Assembly (NCBI GenBank): GCA_010093705.1
Contig: MU006095.1
Coordinates: 1,297,623-1,361,622 of the forward strand
Origin: Patellaria atrata CBS 101060
Taxonomy: Eukaryota
Reading direction: 5' to 3'
DNA: 64,000 nucleotides
Shown: positions 13,192-26,371 of the stretch, one piece after another
Layout of the letters: each line of letters begins with the position of its first letter
How positions within the stretch are numbered: the first letter of the stretch is position 1
Made by a program: the position numbers and the translations under genes
The notes under the pieces: generated by a model
Databases searched by the model: none
The model's input: the letters and a program-made list of their open reading frames with translations, nothing else
Told to the model about the DNA's origin: nothing

Positions 13192-14787
13192 ATGCACATA
13201 GTACGCGCATCTGCGCGAATAACCCATCTAAACAATGCATATAGAGGAAGCAGACCTCGAATACGCATCAACGGGGTGCAATGGATTCGTCAATGTTCTT
13301 GTTCTGTCCCGCAGGCTGCACCATCAAGAACTCCTGATCCTACCCTGAACCCTACGACAAGTGACCCGCCTACTCCTCCTGCTGACCATCGAACCTTAGC
13401 AACAGCTCAAAAGCTGTTTATTACATCGCCCTACAGTCCTGGCTCACCTCTATTCCTTCCAAATGGCGCGTATATGTTTAATAAGCTCATATCATTCCTC
13501 CGCGCTCAGTATCATGAATTTGGTTTCCGTGAAGTTGTTACTCCAACAATTTACAAAAGATCATTATGGCAGACATCGGGGCACTGGGATAACTATGCAA
13601 AAGACATGTTCGAGGTTCAAGGACGAGGTGCCACAGGCCGCATTGCTAATGTCGAAGCTGGGCAAGACGAGGAGTTCGGCCTGAAGCCGATGAATTGCCC
13701 AGGACATTGCCTACTCTTTGCCAGCGAACGACGAAGTTATCGTGACCTACCCATCCGATTCGCTGACTTCAGCGCCCTGCATCGAAATGAGATTTCTGGT
13801 GCATTGAGCGGATTAACCCGCGTCAGGAGGTTCCACCAGGATGATGGACATATCTTTTGCACACCGTCACAAATACTGGATGAAATCAGGAGTACTCTGG
13901 AATTCATACGAATTGTCTACGATACGTTCAACCTTGGCCCATATAAGCTAGTTTTATCGACTCGACCTACGGACTCTCATATCGGTACACAAGAGGAATG
14001 GGATCGGGCGGAAGGCCAATTGAAGGACGCACTTATGGAAAGTGGACGTGAATGGGGTATCAATGAAGGCGATGGCGCATTTTACGGCCCGAAGATAGAT
14101 ATAATACTGAAAGACTCGGACGGAAAGGAACATCAAACGGCTACAATCCAGCTGGACTTCCAGCTAGGACAAAGATTTGGTTTGGAGTACATCGCTCCAG
14201 CTCCAGAGTCGGATAGGAAGGGTGGGACCTCTCTCGAAGTTGACAATGAGCTGAAGACTAACGGACCCTTCGTTCCCGTGATAATTCATAGAGCGATCTT
14301 TGGATCGTTGGAACGCTTCCTCGCACTGCTAATTGAGCACTATAACGGAAAATATCCCTTTTGGATATCTCCACGACCCGCTATCATTTTAAGTGTTACC
14401 CAGGACCCGGATGTGATAGAATATATCTCTAAAATTAAAGAACAACTGAGCAGCGGAGAACCAAATGAGTCTTCGTCAACGGCTAGTTTCAAACGGCAGA
14501 AACTAGGCATTGAGCGAATACATATAGATACTGACCTATCTCATAGACATTTAAACAAAAAGATTGCTGAGGCGAAGAGCAAGGGATACAACAACATTAT
14601 TGTTGTGGGGGGAAGAGACGTGAGAGAAAATGGTCTATCCTTGGAAATATGGCATCAAGACCGGCTTGATGACACCTTGAGGGTTCGAAACTCAATTCGG
14701 GGTACTAATAAGATGGCGACAAACGATAAAATGACCGTCCCACAAGTTGTACAATTTTTCCAGAGGCTACAAAGCATGTACTTATAG
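13192..14787 (+). CDS. MST1: Mitochondrial threonyl-tRNA synthetase (class II, no N-terminal editing domain). Start chosen at 13192; upstream in-frame ATG at 13075
   Basis: ThrRS motifs LWQTSGHW, LKPMNCPGHC, HRNEISGALSGLTRVRRFHQDDGHIFC, GAFYGPKID, IHRAIFGSLERF. Arg-rich, acid-free presequence MHIVRASARITHLNNAYRGSRPRIR. Confidence 0.92.
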   Translation: MHIVRASARITHLNNAYRGSRPRIRINGVQWIRQCSCSVPQAAPSRTPDPTLNPTTSDPPTPPADHRTLATAQKLFITSPYSPGSPLFLPNGAYMFNKLISFLRAQYHEFGFREVVTPTIYKRSLWQTSGHWDNYAKDMFEVQGRGATGRIANVEAGQDEEFGLKPMNCPGHCLLFASERRSYRDLPIRFADFSALHRNEISGALSGLTRVRRFHQDDGHIFCTPSQILDEIRSTLEFIRIVYDTFNLGPYKLVLSTRPTDSHIGTQEEWDRAEGQLKDALMESGREWGINEGDGAFYGPKIDIILKDSDGKEHQTATIQLDFQLGQRFGLEYIAPAPESDRKGGTSLEVDNELKTNGPFVPVIIHRAIFGSLERFLALLIEHYNGKYPFWISPRPAIILSVTQDPDVIEYISKIKEQLSSGEPNESSSTASFKRQKLGIERIHIDTDLSHRHLNKKIAEAKSKGYNNIIVVGGRDVRENGLSLEIWHQDRLDDTLRVRNSIRGTNKMATNDKMTVPQVVQFFQRLQSMYL

Positions 14788-14915
14788 ATTACGGCTGGCG
14801 AGAAAATATGTACGTTACCAGCTATGATTGCAGCTATCTAATGACGAAAGAATGTAACATAGAGGCGAAACTGCGGACGCTTCCTATACAAGTCTTTCAA
14901 AAGTTCTCCTGTTCC

Positions 14916-15926
14916 CTACTTGAGGCCAACTAATTTGCTGCTCAACTCCCACAACTTAGTCTCCTGAGCTTCATCAAACGCGAAAGGCGCATATCCCCTT
15001 TCTTGCGGAGCCGCATCCTCCTTCGCCTGCCCGACGATCTCGCAATCCTCGAGATACTTACCACCTTGGCCCTCTATCGCCCTACTCACTGCTGCCCAAA
15101 CACTGGTCGCAGCACCCTGAGCCTGCGACTTGAAAAACTTCTGAAATTCCGGAGTCATCCATCCGTCGATCATCTCCTGTGGGACATGAGCTTGCGCCCC
15201 GCTCCAAACGAATCCTGGATGCAACGAGATGGCATGGATCCCCTGAGGTCCAAAGACTCGATCAATGTAATTGGCCATCCAAGTACCTGCGATCTTTGAC
15301 TGGGCATACGCGATCCAGGTATTATACCCTTTCTCGAACGTGATATCATCCCACTGCACGGGAGCCATGCGATGAGCTCCAGATGATACTACCACCACGC
15401 GAGAAGCAAACTCAGGGCTCGCGCCCTTCAGCAACGCATGCTTCAGCAGATTGAAAAGCAGGAATGGAGACAGGTAGTTCACGCAGAACTGTGACTCCTG
15501 TCCCTCGATCAACTCTCTCGTCTGCGGCCAGCTTATTCCCGCGTTAAAAACCACCACATTCAAAATATCGGTCTTTGCCAATATCTCCTCAGCTCCCGCA
15601 CGCACCGAAGCAAAAGATGCCTGATCCAACTGGATTACGTCGACGGTCCCGGTCCCGTTGCTTGAGGAGAGAATCCCCTCCTTCACTTTCTCGCCCTTCG
15701 CTTTGTCGCGTGCGGTCATGAAGACGTGAGCGCCAGTTGCGTGTAATGCACGAACGGTCTCGAGACCCAGGCCTGAGGACCCGCCGGTTACGAGGAAGAC
15801 CTTTGAGGTGAGATTGTTCTGAAGCCCTTCGTCGGAGATGATTTGGAGAGCGGTGGGACGAGCATCTCCAGGGCCAGAGGGGGTAGCGTGGGCTGAGACA
15901 TAAGGGGATGGAGAGGTGGTGGACAT
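14916..15926 (-). CDS. Short-chain dehydrogenase/reductase (retinol dehydrogenase/WWOX-like subgroup)
   Basis: TGGSSGLG nucleotide-binding motif, FNAG, VVVVSSGAH, catalytic YAQSK, LHPG, QGAATSVWAA; intronless 336 aa. Confidence 0.92.
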   Translation of the reverse strand: MSTTSPSPYVSAHATPSGPGDARPTALQIISDEGLQNNLTSKVFLVTGGSSGLGLETVRALHATGAHVFMTARDKAKGEKVKEGILSSSNGTGTVDVIQLDQASFASVRAGAEEILAKTDILNVVVFNAGISWPQTRELIEGQESQFCVNYLSPFLLFNLLKHALLKGASPEFASRVVVVSSGAHRMAPVQWDDITFEKGYNTWIAYAQSKIAGTWMANYIDRVFGPQGIHAISLHPGFVWSGAQAHVPQEMIDGWMTPEFQKFFKSQAQGAATSVWAAVSRAIEGQGGKYLEDCEIVGQAKEDAAPQERGYAPFAFDEAQETKLWELSSKLVGLK

Positions 15927-16411
15927 ATTGGTGTGAGTTTGAAAAGGGACTTGACAAATTGGAAAGGGGATTTGATATTGCTATAAGAGCTGGTTCTGGA
16001 TGTGAAGGTTGAGCTTTACTTGGTAGACCGAAGGGCTTGACAAGTAGACAACAGAGTCCATATTTCTCCTTTTATATCTTGAACAGAAAATCCTTCTATA
16101 TCACTCCCTTCTATCAGCGCAATTCCTTCCCTATCGCATCTCCTAAATCCCCAAATAGGCAAGGCGTAACCGGAACGGTTATTCCTCGGCCTGCGTTTAC
16201 CTCATCACTTAGCCGCAGCTCGGCCTTTCGGTCTCCCAAATCTTTTACAAAGCAAATCCTCCAGAATTTCGCCAATCACAGAACTCTTTGTCTCATAATC
16301 GGCCCTAAGTATAACCGTCAAGAAGGTAATTCTACTGCATATTCTTGGATGTTACAGCGAGCAGACTAAAAGAATTGGTCTCACAGCAGAACCTAGGGTT
16401 GCAGAAGGATC

Positions 16412-17914
16412 ATGAGTGTTCAGTTTAGTTTCGGTTTTAGCGGAGATGATATTGAAGAGGAGGACGTGACGGAAGTAGAAGGGGATGGTGAAAGAGGAGA
16501 GGGTGCGGCCGTCGGTGTGGAGAGGAATGGGGAGGGGGAGGTGCAAAGGGTTGAGGCCTGCGTTGAGGATGTGGAGTTGTTGGTAGGTAAGATATCTTTT
16601 CCTTCTACTATTTTCCGTTATACACCTTCCTTTCAGATTGTGTCAGATTCTTCTTCCTTTTTCATCTCATTTCATTCGAAAATTTCTCTTCTGGATCACC
16701 TCTGCTCTTCTCTTGAGTCTCGGAGATAACCCTCTCTTTAATATTATGTCTATTCAATACCGGTCCTATTTTCCCTTAATTATCTGTGCAACCGTAGTTC
16801 CATTGTTTAAAATATCGTTTCTCCTGCGTATCTGAAATCGAATGAATCCGACCTGGGCTGCATCTTCAATTGAATAATGCACTCATCATATCTTTGATAA
16901 ATACTATCCTCATTGTGTGCTACAGCTCTCAAGTCTTCCATCCAAGATCTCGTATAGCACCTTAAAACTTGAGTCCCCGAAAGGACGCAAGCTGAGCATA
17001 CCTCGCCGAGAGTTGTTTGATATCCGGATGCAGCTCATGGTTGAAGATGGAAACGACGACTCCACCCCCGTCACTGGACTCGATGAGTCAGATATCCAGA
17101 CCAATGTGTACGAGGGCGGTTTCAAGAGCTGGGAATGCTCGATCGACTTGGCAAAGTTGCTCCTGGATCGAGGACCGAGGAAGGATATCGATGATCTTTG
17201 TAGAGTTGATCACGTTATCGAGGTATGATTTTGGATATTAGGCCGATTTCTTCCGCAAGAGGTCGTACAATTGATCTAACTATTTTGTAGCTCGGTTGCG
17301 GAACTGCAGTACCATCCCTTGTTCTTTTTCATTATGCTCTCACCCAGGAACTGTCGATTCACTTCACTTTAGCCGATTACAACGCGGCAGTATTAAGGCT
17401 AGTCACTCTACCGAATCTTCTCCTGATGTGGGCAAAGACAATGCCTACAACAACGACATCCCCTTTTTCATCCGAAAACCCAAATCCACTCCTTGAAAAC
17501 GCGGCAGGAGACCTGGAGCTAAGCCCGGAGATTCTTAGCGCTTTCCAAAAAGCAGTCACAACCCAAAATCTCGCCCTGACCTTGATCTCGGGCTCTTGGA
17601 TGCCTACAACCCGTTTTCTGCCGCTCGTTGTTTCGGCACCGGATATGAACACTCTGGTTCTAGCATCCGAAACAATATACTCCCCAGCAAGTTTATCCGC
17701 TTTCACAGAGGTCCTTGTGGGAATCCTTGAAAGAGTGCGAATAGGAAAAGCAATGGTGGCTGCAAAGCGGATCTATTTCGGCGTTGGGGGTAGTGTGGAT
17801 GCGTTTAAAGAGGAAGCAGCGGCTAAGAAAGCTGTAGCTTATGAAATCGAAAATGCAGAGGTAGGTGGTGGAATGGGAGTAAAGAGATGTCTGATGGAGG
17901 TGCAAATGATGTAG
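16412..17914 (+). CDS. HPM1: Histidine protein methyltransferase 1 (METTL18/Hpm1-like). Exons 16412-16582, 16926-17222, 17291-17914
   Basis: N-terminal FSFGFSGDDI; YEGGFKSWECSIDLA; spliced SAM motif I VIE|LGCGTAVP; LASETIY; VAAKRIYFGVGG. Both introns are GT..AG and phase 0. Confidence 0.88.
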
Positions 17915-19595
17915 CCTGGTGCTATGAGTGTCTAAAAAATGGCTCTGGTCTCCTCCTGTTAGGGTAGACAGCTGCTAACAAGTTGATTTCGTACAACAAA
18001 CGCATCATTCTCGACTCTACGGAGTACTACAGCAGTTTCTCCTATTATGCTGTACATCTACCATATCCCCACATTTCAACAATCATAAGTCTTCTTCCAC
18101 CTACTGTATTCGTACATATGTTGAGACACAGAAGCTAGAGACGCTAGAGACATGCGCATCGAAAAGCAAATATCACACCACTTCGCTCTAACTGACATCA
18201 TGTTTCAGCTTTAGGATCAATCCATATCTCAGGATGCACAGCTACAGTAGCCCCATAGCAAAGGACCAGTCTTTCTTCTCAATACATAGGTTCCATTCCC
18301 AGACGCTTTCTATCCTGCAACCGCGGAATATTTTGGCCAATGGTGTCCACAACTTCCCCTCGGATTCGGCTTAGAACTTCTTGGAATGCAGAAAATAGCT
18401 AACACGACGCTATCAACGGCGCAGTAGCGGTGGGAATGGAACGGCACGTTAGTCCCGCGCTGCTGCTTCATTCGGTACCAAAAGCTGCAAGATTGCTACA
18501 CCAACGTCCAAGAAAAGTTGTGAGAATATCAGATGTGAAATATGTTCTGGTTAGTGGGGTCGATTAGGCCTCCTGTTACACTACGAAGTCGGGAGAATCT
18601 CGTCGTTGACCAGATCTTCGGTTACCTCCTAGTTTTAGGGGACACTGCGGAATACTGGAACGAACAGGCTTTTGATTAAGCTTGCTTTTGTCTAAAGGAG
18701 CTTATCAGGGACCAGGGCGCCTATTTCGTACCCCTTGTCCACATAATCACCTACTGCAATTTATTTTTACAATATAAAAAACAGGAAGCTATTGAACCGG
18801 GGATTTTGGCTATCGGTAGTGGCGTCACCGGTGTCGGGCTATTTTTCTTTTCGGATAGTCAGTTAAGCCACTTGTTGATTTCCCCAAGTCTCCCAAACAG
18901 GGCCACAGGAGGATTTGAAAAGAATGAAAGCTGAATTTACAGCGGTAGTTGCTGACAGACATGAGTTGTTCAGCTTACTAGGAAGAATACGTGGACTGGA
19001 TATCATTTCGTATAGAAGTAACCTCGGACTAGTTCTAGCTTTTGAACTCGGCCATACCGCAGAAATACGGAGTACTGTTTACCGCAGGTCCAGCTTTCTG
19101 AGGGATGAAGAGGCGACATTTCGAATCATTTCCCAAATTCCCAAGAGGCAAGCGGCATAAAATGCACAACTTTATATGGAGTTCCTGGTAGCACCTGCAT
19201 GGCAACTCATAGCGGCCAATCCGAGACACGGAAGATTTCTAACCCCAGGCACGACCTCCTCCCAGACCTCCCAGATGGTCGTAGCTTTCTTTCAAAAAGA
19301 ACGATTCGAACGATTTGGGAACTTCATTTTAGGCATGACAGGCATGATAACGCTCTAAAATACGCCAATCCTTAACATCTACTCGATTGGCGGGACAGCG
19401 GGGGATAATAGCAGCAAATATATCTAGGGCTACTTTAACTACTTCCTTGTCTTCCGTACAGTACGAAGTCAATCTCCCACAAACCTCCTAAAAGCTGTGC
19501 ATCACGTCTCTGTCCGTTTCGATATACGACATACGACATCTGCCTTTGCTTGTCTGTCTATCTTATCGATTGAGAAAGACTCCCATTCTACCGGC

Positions 19596-21911
19596 ATGTC
19601 GAACATGGTCCCTCTATCACCCGCTCAGGCCATGTCTTTCGTTCATCAGGACCCTCGCGCCCAGATTGACCATCCGTGGTGGCCCCAGGGACCGAGTATA
19701 GACGATAATACCAATGTCACACTTAGTACTGAAGCCATCGTGCAAGCACCCGCGCCCATACAACAGAAGTCCCAACGAAGCGCTTCTGTAGCACAAGCCA
19801 AAAGTTCCGTCTCTGTGGCGTGTATAGCATGTCGCAGTAAGCATCTTAAATGCGATGGCGGCGTGCGATGTTCGCGCTGTCAATCTGAAGGCCTCACCTG
19901 TCAGTATGTCAAGTCTAGGCGGGGTTGGAGGGGTCCTAGGAAAGCGAAACAAGCAGAGCAGACGGCAACGAGTGAGTATACTCTGGTCGCTTAATCCAAC
20001 AGGATGGAAAGGAGTAATATGCTTATTCGGCTCCTACAGATACCCAGGATGCTTATGCTGCAGCTCAGCAACAGCATCAGCAGCAACAACAGCAGCAACA
20101 ACAGCAGCAACAACAGCAGCAACAACAGCAGCAACAGCAGCACCAGCAGCAGCAATCGCGAGACGTTTCAAGTGACCATAGCCGTAAGTCCGCCCACAAA
20201 CGTATTACCGAATTCCGACAGTATTGACGTATCCTGTCATCTAGAAACCATTAACTGGCACTCTGGAAATATCAATGGGTCTCAATTTTCACCCTCATCG
20301 GTTGAATTCGGACACAATGATGCTTCGTCCATCGATAACAATCTGACCACATCGACAGCGGGAACCTCACCATCGATTGGGAATGGAGTCCAACTTAATA
20401 GACCAAGAGGACAATTTCAGGTGACATACGTCCCACCACCTCAGATTCCCGAGAACAATCCCCCCACCAATGCAAAATCTGCCTTCTTCCAGTACTTCTG
20501 GGGGACGCATCCATTCCTCCTCCCGCAGAATTACCTAACTGAGCTTATGCGAGAGCGACCTCTGCCAATTCTTCAGCTTGCAATCGAGTTCCTTGGTTCA
20601 TCCTATTTACCTAATGAACCTACTGAGGTCTATCGTGATGCTTTGGAGAGATCTCTTTTTCAAGGAAGTCCTCCCAGAGATGGATATACCGTACAAGCAC
20701 TACTCATCTATGCCATCGGTTTGCATGCTCATGATAACTCGCAACGAGCCACACAGGTACTACTCGTGGCGACTAGCATGGCCCTGGAACTCGGTATGCA
20801 TAGACGAGATTTTTCTGTCAAGAACGGCCATGGATCCCCGATACTGGAAGAGAGTTGGAGAAGGACATGGTGGGAGCTGTTCATCGTTGATGGAATGTTT
20901 GCCGGAGTCAACCAATCCGTGTCCTTCCCATTGCGAGATGTGATGACTGACGTACCATTACCCTGTGAGGAAGATGAATATATTTCTGGTGTAAGTTTAG
21001 AATCACATCCCATCAGAAGAGATACTGACTTTCAAAGAACATCCCACACCAATTGCGAACGTTAAGTGACTACGATGATTCGTCATTTGCGAGTGAAGAG
21101 ATTGTCTTCTCGTCTGCTACATACCGAATTGACGCAATGCGTATAATGGGACGTATCCTCGCAGTGTCTGCCCTCGATCCCAACGCCCCTCACGCCTGGC
21201 ACGCCGTCGACGTGGTGGATGCATGCTTAGTCAACTGGCAACTCCATCTCCCTGCCGAAAAGAAAGAACTAACTGACCGAAATGGCAAAGTCGATGAGAT
21301 GCTCTTCCAAGCATTCATGATCTGGAGCGGGTACGTAGTGTCAGACATCCAATTTTGGAAATAAGCTGACTCTACTTTTCAGGAGCTCCATACTCCTCCA
21401 TCGTCCTCGTTCAACCCTCTACTTCCGTGACGTGGAAGACATAAAAAAGTGCGTCTCTCAGTGCCAAACCCTGACTCCAGCCACGGACCGCAATACACAT
21501 ACTGCCAAAGCCGTCCGCGCCGCCGGTGACGTCTCGAAGCTCATTACACTTCCCACGCCATTGCAGAACCACACGAGCTTCTTCACCTGCATGGTCGTTA
21601 TGGCCTCGGTCGTCAACCTGTCCTACTGGTCCTTCATCGTGCCAGATGGGGAAGACGGTCTCATCAAAGAGCATATCAGGCTCAATATTGGTGTGTTGCG
21701 GACATTGAGTGATCTTTGGCCCGTAGCAAGTACGGTTTTGAAGCAGGTTAAGGGCGTTGCGCATGAGATGCTCGCGAGCAAGAAGGCGATGAGTATCAAT
21801 TACTGGAACTCGATTGCCGGGGATGAGATTCAGACACTTATTGAGGATGCAGAGGTTGATGACGGGATGGATGGTGATGCGTCGGAGTATGTTCAGGGCG
21901 TGAATGCTTAA
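19596..21911 (+). CDS. Zn(II)2Cys6 transcription factor with fungal-specific TF domain and polyQ tract. Introns 19972-20039, 20184-20244, 20991-21037, 21331-21382
   Basis: ACIACRSKHLKCDGGVRCSRCQSEGLTC; middle homology region ALELGMHR..EESWRRTWWELF; VPLPCEE; LLHRPRS. All four introns restore one frame. The 3' end could be extended by a further intron. Confidence 0.9.
20066..20155 (+). repeat. (CAG/CAA)n coding repeat: 30 codons, 28 Gln and 2 His, built on CAGCAGCAACAA units
   Basis: Read directly; lies in the spliced frame of exon 2 of the Zn2Cys6 factor. Confidence 0.9.
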
Positions 21912-22921
21912 GAGGTGGATTAGGAGTTCATCTTGCTGTCCCGTGATTCGATTCGATTACGTATATGGCCCTTTTGATTTCGACGGTTTGGATTCTACAT
22001 CATATCGAACCGAACTGTACTTGTACCCATTCTACGACCTGGAACCTTTACCCGAAACCAAAACCGCCTGCCGAGGAAACCCACAGCTACGTCATCTTTC
22101 CACAGATTAGCTCATCCTCGAACAAAATATTATACAGAAATAGCCTTCGGTAAAAGGCTAGAGTTATATTCCCTTCCGGGGACGTCACATCCCGCGAGAC
22201 AAAGAACTATGGCTGCGTCAACACGTTCTGGAAGACTTATCAAATCGTACATAGACCCAAGATAGGCCCTATAACTGCTATCTATCGCTATACCGAGATT
22301 CGCACAATGCATAGTCGATGTGCGAAACAGAAGACAGCGAACGCTGACTACGCCACGCGGCCGTCAAGAGCATCGTAAACACACGTGGAGAGGAAAATAA
22401 CATGATACACCTAAACATCTACTGGTATCATGTACACTACAGTGTACGACGAACTTGCGGGGCAATTGTTGAGGAGGATGATACCCCCACCGTAACGGGA
22501 GGACGATATCCGAACTCCTGTAGAGTATTCTACGAACGGGTCTTTTTTGGTTTCTTTTTCCTTTTATGTAAAGAGGCGTATAGGTTAGACAGAGATAGCA
22601 ATCTTGAACTCTAAAAAAAAAATAAAAATAAAAAAAAAGATGAAAAATTCAATCTTTGATGTAGCTCTCGGTTTGACGTGCTACAAGTTCTCTCTAAAAT
22701 GTGTCTCTGATCCTACTGTACCCGCCAGACGGGAATAAGGAACTGTACGACGAGAATACCCTTCTCACTTCTCGCAGTAGAGATCCGGTAAGCATCACAA
22801 CGAGTACTGATTGCGTATTCTACAGTGACGATTCTCCCGCTTCCGACCCTAAAATTACACATTACCTTACCTTACCCTAGCCTAGTGTAGGTTTCCCCTT
22901 CTGCTACCTCTTCCCGATAAC

Positions 22922-24949
22922 TCACTTCCCCCCAACACCCCCCAAAACATCAACCCACGCCGCCGGTCTCCTCCGCCCCGTCCCAAGCACCTCCTCCACA
23001 TCCGCACCCCACCCCAAAAGCACCTCTTCGGCGCCCCACTCCGCCATACCCATCAGCCCCACGGGAATCTTTCCATCGGCCCCCGTCCCCTTCGCTTCGG
23101 TCTTCCTGTCTGCTACGGGATCCACAAACCCCACCGGCACCGATAGAGCCGGGACGCCCGTCAGGTTAGCGAGGAAAACGTATTCCATGCTCCTAATAGT
23201 CATATTAGCGTCCGAGACACCTAAATTGAGGTCCGCGGCGCCCTTGTCGATTCTCCACCCGGCGTTCGGCGCCGTCGGCGTGACAATCACCGCGTCCGGA
23301 TGCGTTTGGAAGACGTGGGCAAGGTGCGACATGAGGACGCCCCTGAGCCGTTGGGCGGCCATGAAATCCTGCGTCGCGGCGCACGCGCCGACGGCGAGGT
23401 TGATCTTGACGCCGGCGGAGAGGGAGGCGTGGCGGGGGTAGTTGGAGCCTTGTTCGGACAGGATGGTGAGGGCGTGGGCGAACTGGGCCGAGTGGATGTG
23501 CGGGAGCGTGAAAGGGAGTATTTCGTAGCCTTTCTCTTTTAGCGTGTCGAGCGTGGTGTTGCAGATGGATTTGACGACCGGGTCTGCGCGGTTGAACCAG
23601 GGTTCGTATATTGCTATTTTCTTTTGGCGTTGTCTTGCTAGGGGCCGTGGGACGGGCCAGCTCGACGACGGTCCTGGCTGAGCCATGACTCGATAGCCTA
23701 CTCCTAAGTCTCGCACGCTCGTGGCCATCGGGCCTATGCATGTCACGCTCGGGCATAGGCGCGGTGTCGGGACTGCCGATACCCGTCCGTGTGAGGGTTT
23801 CAGACCCGAGATGCCGCAAAAGCTGGAGGGGAGACGGATGGAGCCCCCGCCGTCGACGCCGAGAGCGAGGGGGATGAGGCCGCTGGAGATGGCGTAGGCG
23901 CTACCGCCGGAGGAGCCGCCGGTGTAGTAGTGAGGATTGTGTGGATTAAGGGGGGTACCATGGTGGTGATTGTTGTTTGTGACGTCTATTTTGAGGGATC
24001 AGTTAAGGTTGAGAGAAAGAGAGTAGATTGGTGGCAGGTTGTGTTGGGGGAAATGGGTCGAGATGGGAAGATAATGAGACAATAAGGATATAGAGAATAC
24101 TCACCAATCCCAAACTCATGCATACTCGTCTTCCCCAACACAATCACACCCTCCCTCTCCCACATGCGCACAGACCAACTTGTCTCATCCTCCCTGTTCC
24201 CAAAATCGTAAGGGCTCCCATAACGCAACATATACCCCTTCAAATTGACTTCATCTTTCACCCCAACTGGGATACCATCCAGCAAGCCTAACTCTCTCCC
24301 CTCTTTCCATCTTTGGGTAGATTCCCTCGCCACTCTTCTGACTTCATCAACTTTGACTTGCAAAAATGCGACAGAATGCTCCCCATCCTTTTCCTGTCCC
24401 TCAAGAATTCCCTTCTTGCATATCAGCGGTAGTAGGAACTCTACTACATCTTCCGGTGTACATTTTCCGCTCTTATATGCCTCGTAATAATCTTTGATGG
24501 ACCAATACTTCCCCGGCGCGTCAATAGACATCAACCTCAGGTCTTGATCTGGGTTTGTATAGCTCTCCGGATCCGGCAAGCCCGGCTCCTCGATCGGCAC
24601 AACGGTAGGGTCGTACCGGCATTCTCTATATTCGAGCGGGAGAGCGCGGAGCTTGTTGAAGCCGGCGTTGTTGTACAGGTAGCGGGCGACTGCTGGGACG
24701 GAGGCCACGCTGTGAAGGGATGTTAGCTATACTAATCTCCAGGGATTGCAAGTGTATGGCAAGTTATATTGGACGAATTGGTTTGCTGGGGACTCGGACG
24801 TACAGTTCACCAGCATAATAGAGCGGGAGGCCCCGGAGTTTAGGGTTCTTGTTTGGGGGAGGGGTCTCATAGGCAACTTCGTGAGCTATGGGAGGTGGGT
24901 AGTTGTGGAACCGACGCTTGAGGTCGCGAGCTGGTGGAGTGTCTGCCAT
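22922..24949 (-). CDS. Amidase-signature family hydrolase (GatA/FAAH-like). Exons 24949-24804, 24709-24105, 23985-22922
   Basis: LDGIPVGVKD (catalytic Lys), GKTSMHEFG, NPHYYTGGSSGGSA, GVDGGGSIRLPSSFCGISGLKP, ANLTGVPALSVPVG; canonical introns. Confidence 0.9.
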
Positions 24950-25434
24950 CCTTGTGGTTACTCCAATTTGTATCAGGTCAGGTCAGATACGGAAGAACTA
25001 GAACTGAAAGAATTAACCCCAAGCTCGAACAGTCGGGACGTTGATCTATTTTGTAGCTACCTGAGAGCATTATCTGATTATGGATAGCTCCCGTCCTATT
25101 CTAGCGGGGAGGCCTGAATAACGCCACATCAAGAGACATGACAGTAAAGGTAGAGCAGAAAGACTTGTATCAATTCATTCATATAAAATTCATTGAATAT
25201 CAATACAACCCATAATTCCTAATACTTGCCATGCTATGCAACCGAGCCTGAAAGCTGATCTACCGTTCAATGATTTTCCATCATCGTATACCCTCAACAG
25301 TGGTCTCGTCTGATTAACCGTGCTCGTCACTACGCTCAGCTCAGACCATCATTTAGCGTGCTGTTATCGTCATCTCACAGTTCTTCAATGGCTCTTATAA
25401 TGCGAGTTCGGCTGAGCCTTTGCCAGACAAATGT

Positions 25435-26371
25435 TTAACGACTCTTCTTAGGGGTGGAATCCGGCATTGCTTGAGTATCACCCATTCGGTTGTACTCCCT
25501 CTGAAGACCCTCAGTTTGCTTCTTCAAGGTAGCGATATCGCGATCCTTCTCCTCCAAGAGCTTCTTGAGTTTTCCCACCTCACCGGCCTTACCAGCAGCA
25601 CCGAGCTTGGCGGCGTCGGTGCCCTTAGCGGAAGAATCACCCTTGAGACTCTTATTCTCTTCCTCGAGACGGAGGACATCGAGGATCATGACATAGGTGC
25701 GGTTGAGGATGAGTGAGAGGAAAAGGGTGAAGCCGCAAAGGTACATGTTGCGCTGAGAGTAAAATTTGCGGGCTTGAACCTCCATGCGAGCGCTACCACC
25801 AAGAACTTCAGTACTGTTTCCATGAGCGTTAGTGCTAGTCGTCAGGGATGGGATGGGCAAGTCCATGATATTATTAGGCGAACGTACCTTCCACGGTTGT
25901 CTTTGGATGCCGCAGCGACCTCGATCTGAACGCGATAGACACGATTGACGCTGTCAATGAACAGAATCAATATGAATATAAAACATATCTGGTCATATTA
26001 GCAACCTACCCAGGTCTCGAGTACTGGTACAAGGCTGACATACCTTCATTCCATATTGTAATTTTGCTATCAGAGGGTTCTCCGAAATGAAGTTGAACAG
26101 CTTACGGCGCCATGTGAAGGGAAGAGGCACGATAAGCGACATGAAGATTGCCATCTCCGTAACAAGCATTGCAAAAACCTGTGATCCATAGCGTTAGTGA
26201 GGATGATGGAAAGGTAAACAGAGCTTGTATGAGAGACACTGCTGGTCTAGAGATATTGCGTTTCTCACAGCAAGACTATGACACGGTACTGTCGTGTATT
26301 CGATGTCTCCATCTGGTGTACACTGCATGAAGGTAATTGTATGGACTTACAAGAGAGTAGTAGAGCGTCAT
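25435..26371 (-). CDS. ER membrane protein BAP31/Yet3-like. Exons 26371-26351, 26178-26044, 25988-25888, 25813-25435
   Basis: MTLYYSL|VFAMLVTEM start, ILFIDSVNRVYRVQ, RMEVQARKFYSQRNMYLCGFTLFLSLIL, coiled coil, C-terminal KKSR (KKxx ER retrieval). Confidence 0.92.

Noticed and set aside
20004..20244. Poly-Asn/Ser N-terminus in ORF 20004..21065
   Set aside because: Wrong frame; splicing shows polyQ.
14916..24949. SDR, methyltransferase, Zn2Cys6 factor and amidase as a possible secondary-metabolite cluster
   Set aside because: No PKS, NRPS or terpene synthase; the methyltransferase is housekeeping Hpm1 and the flanks are core genes.
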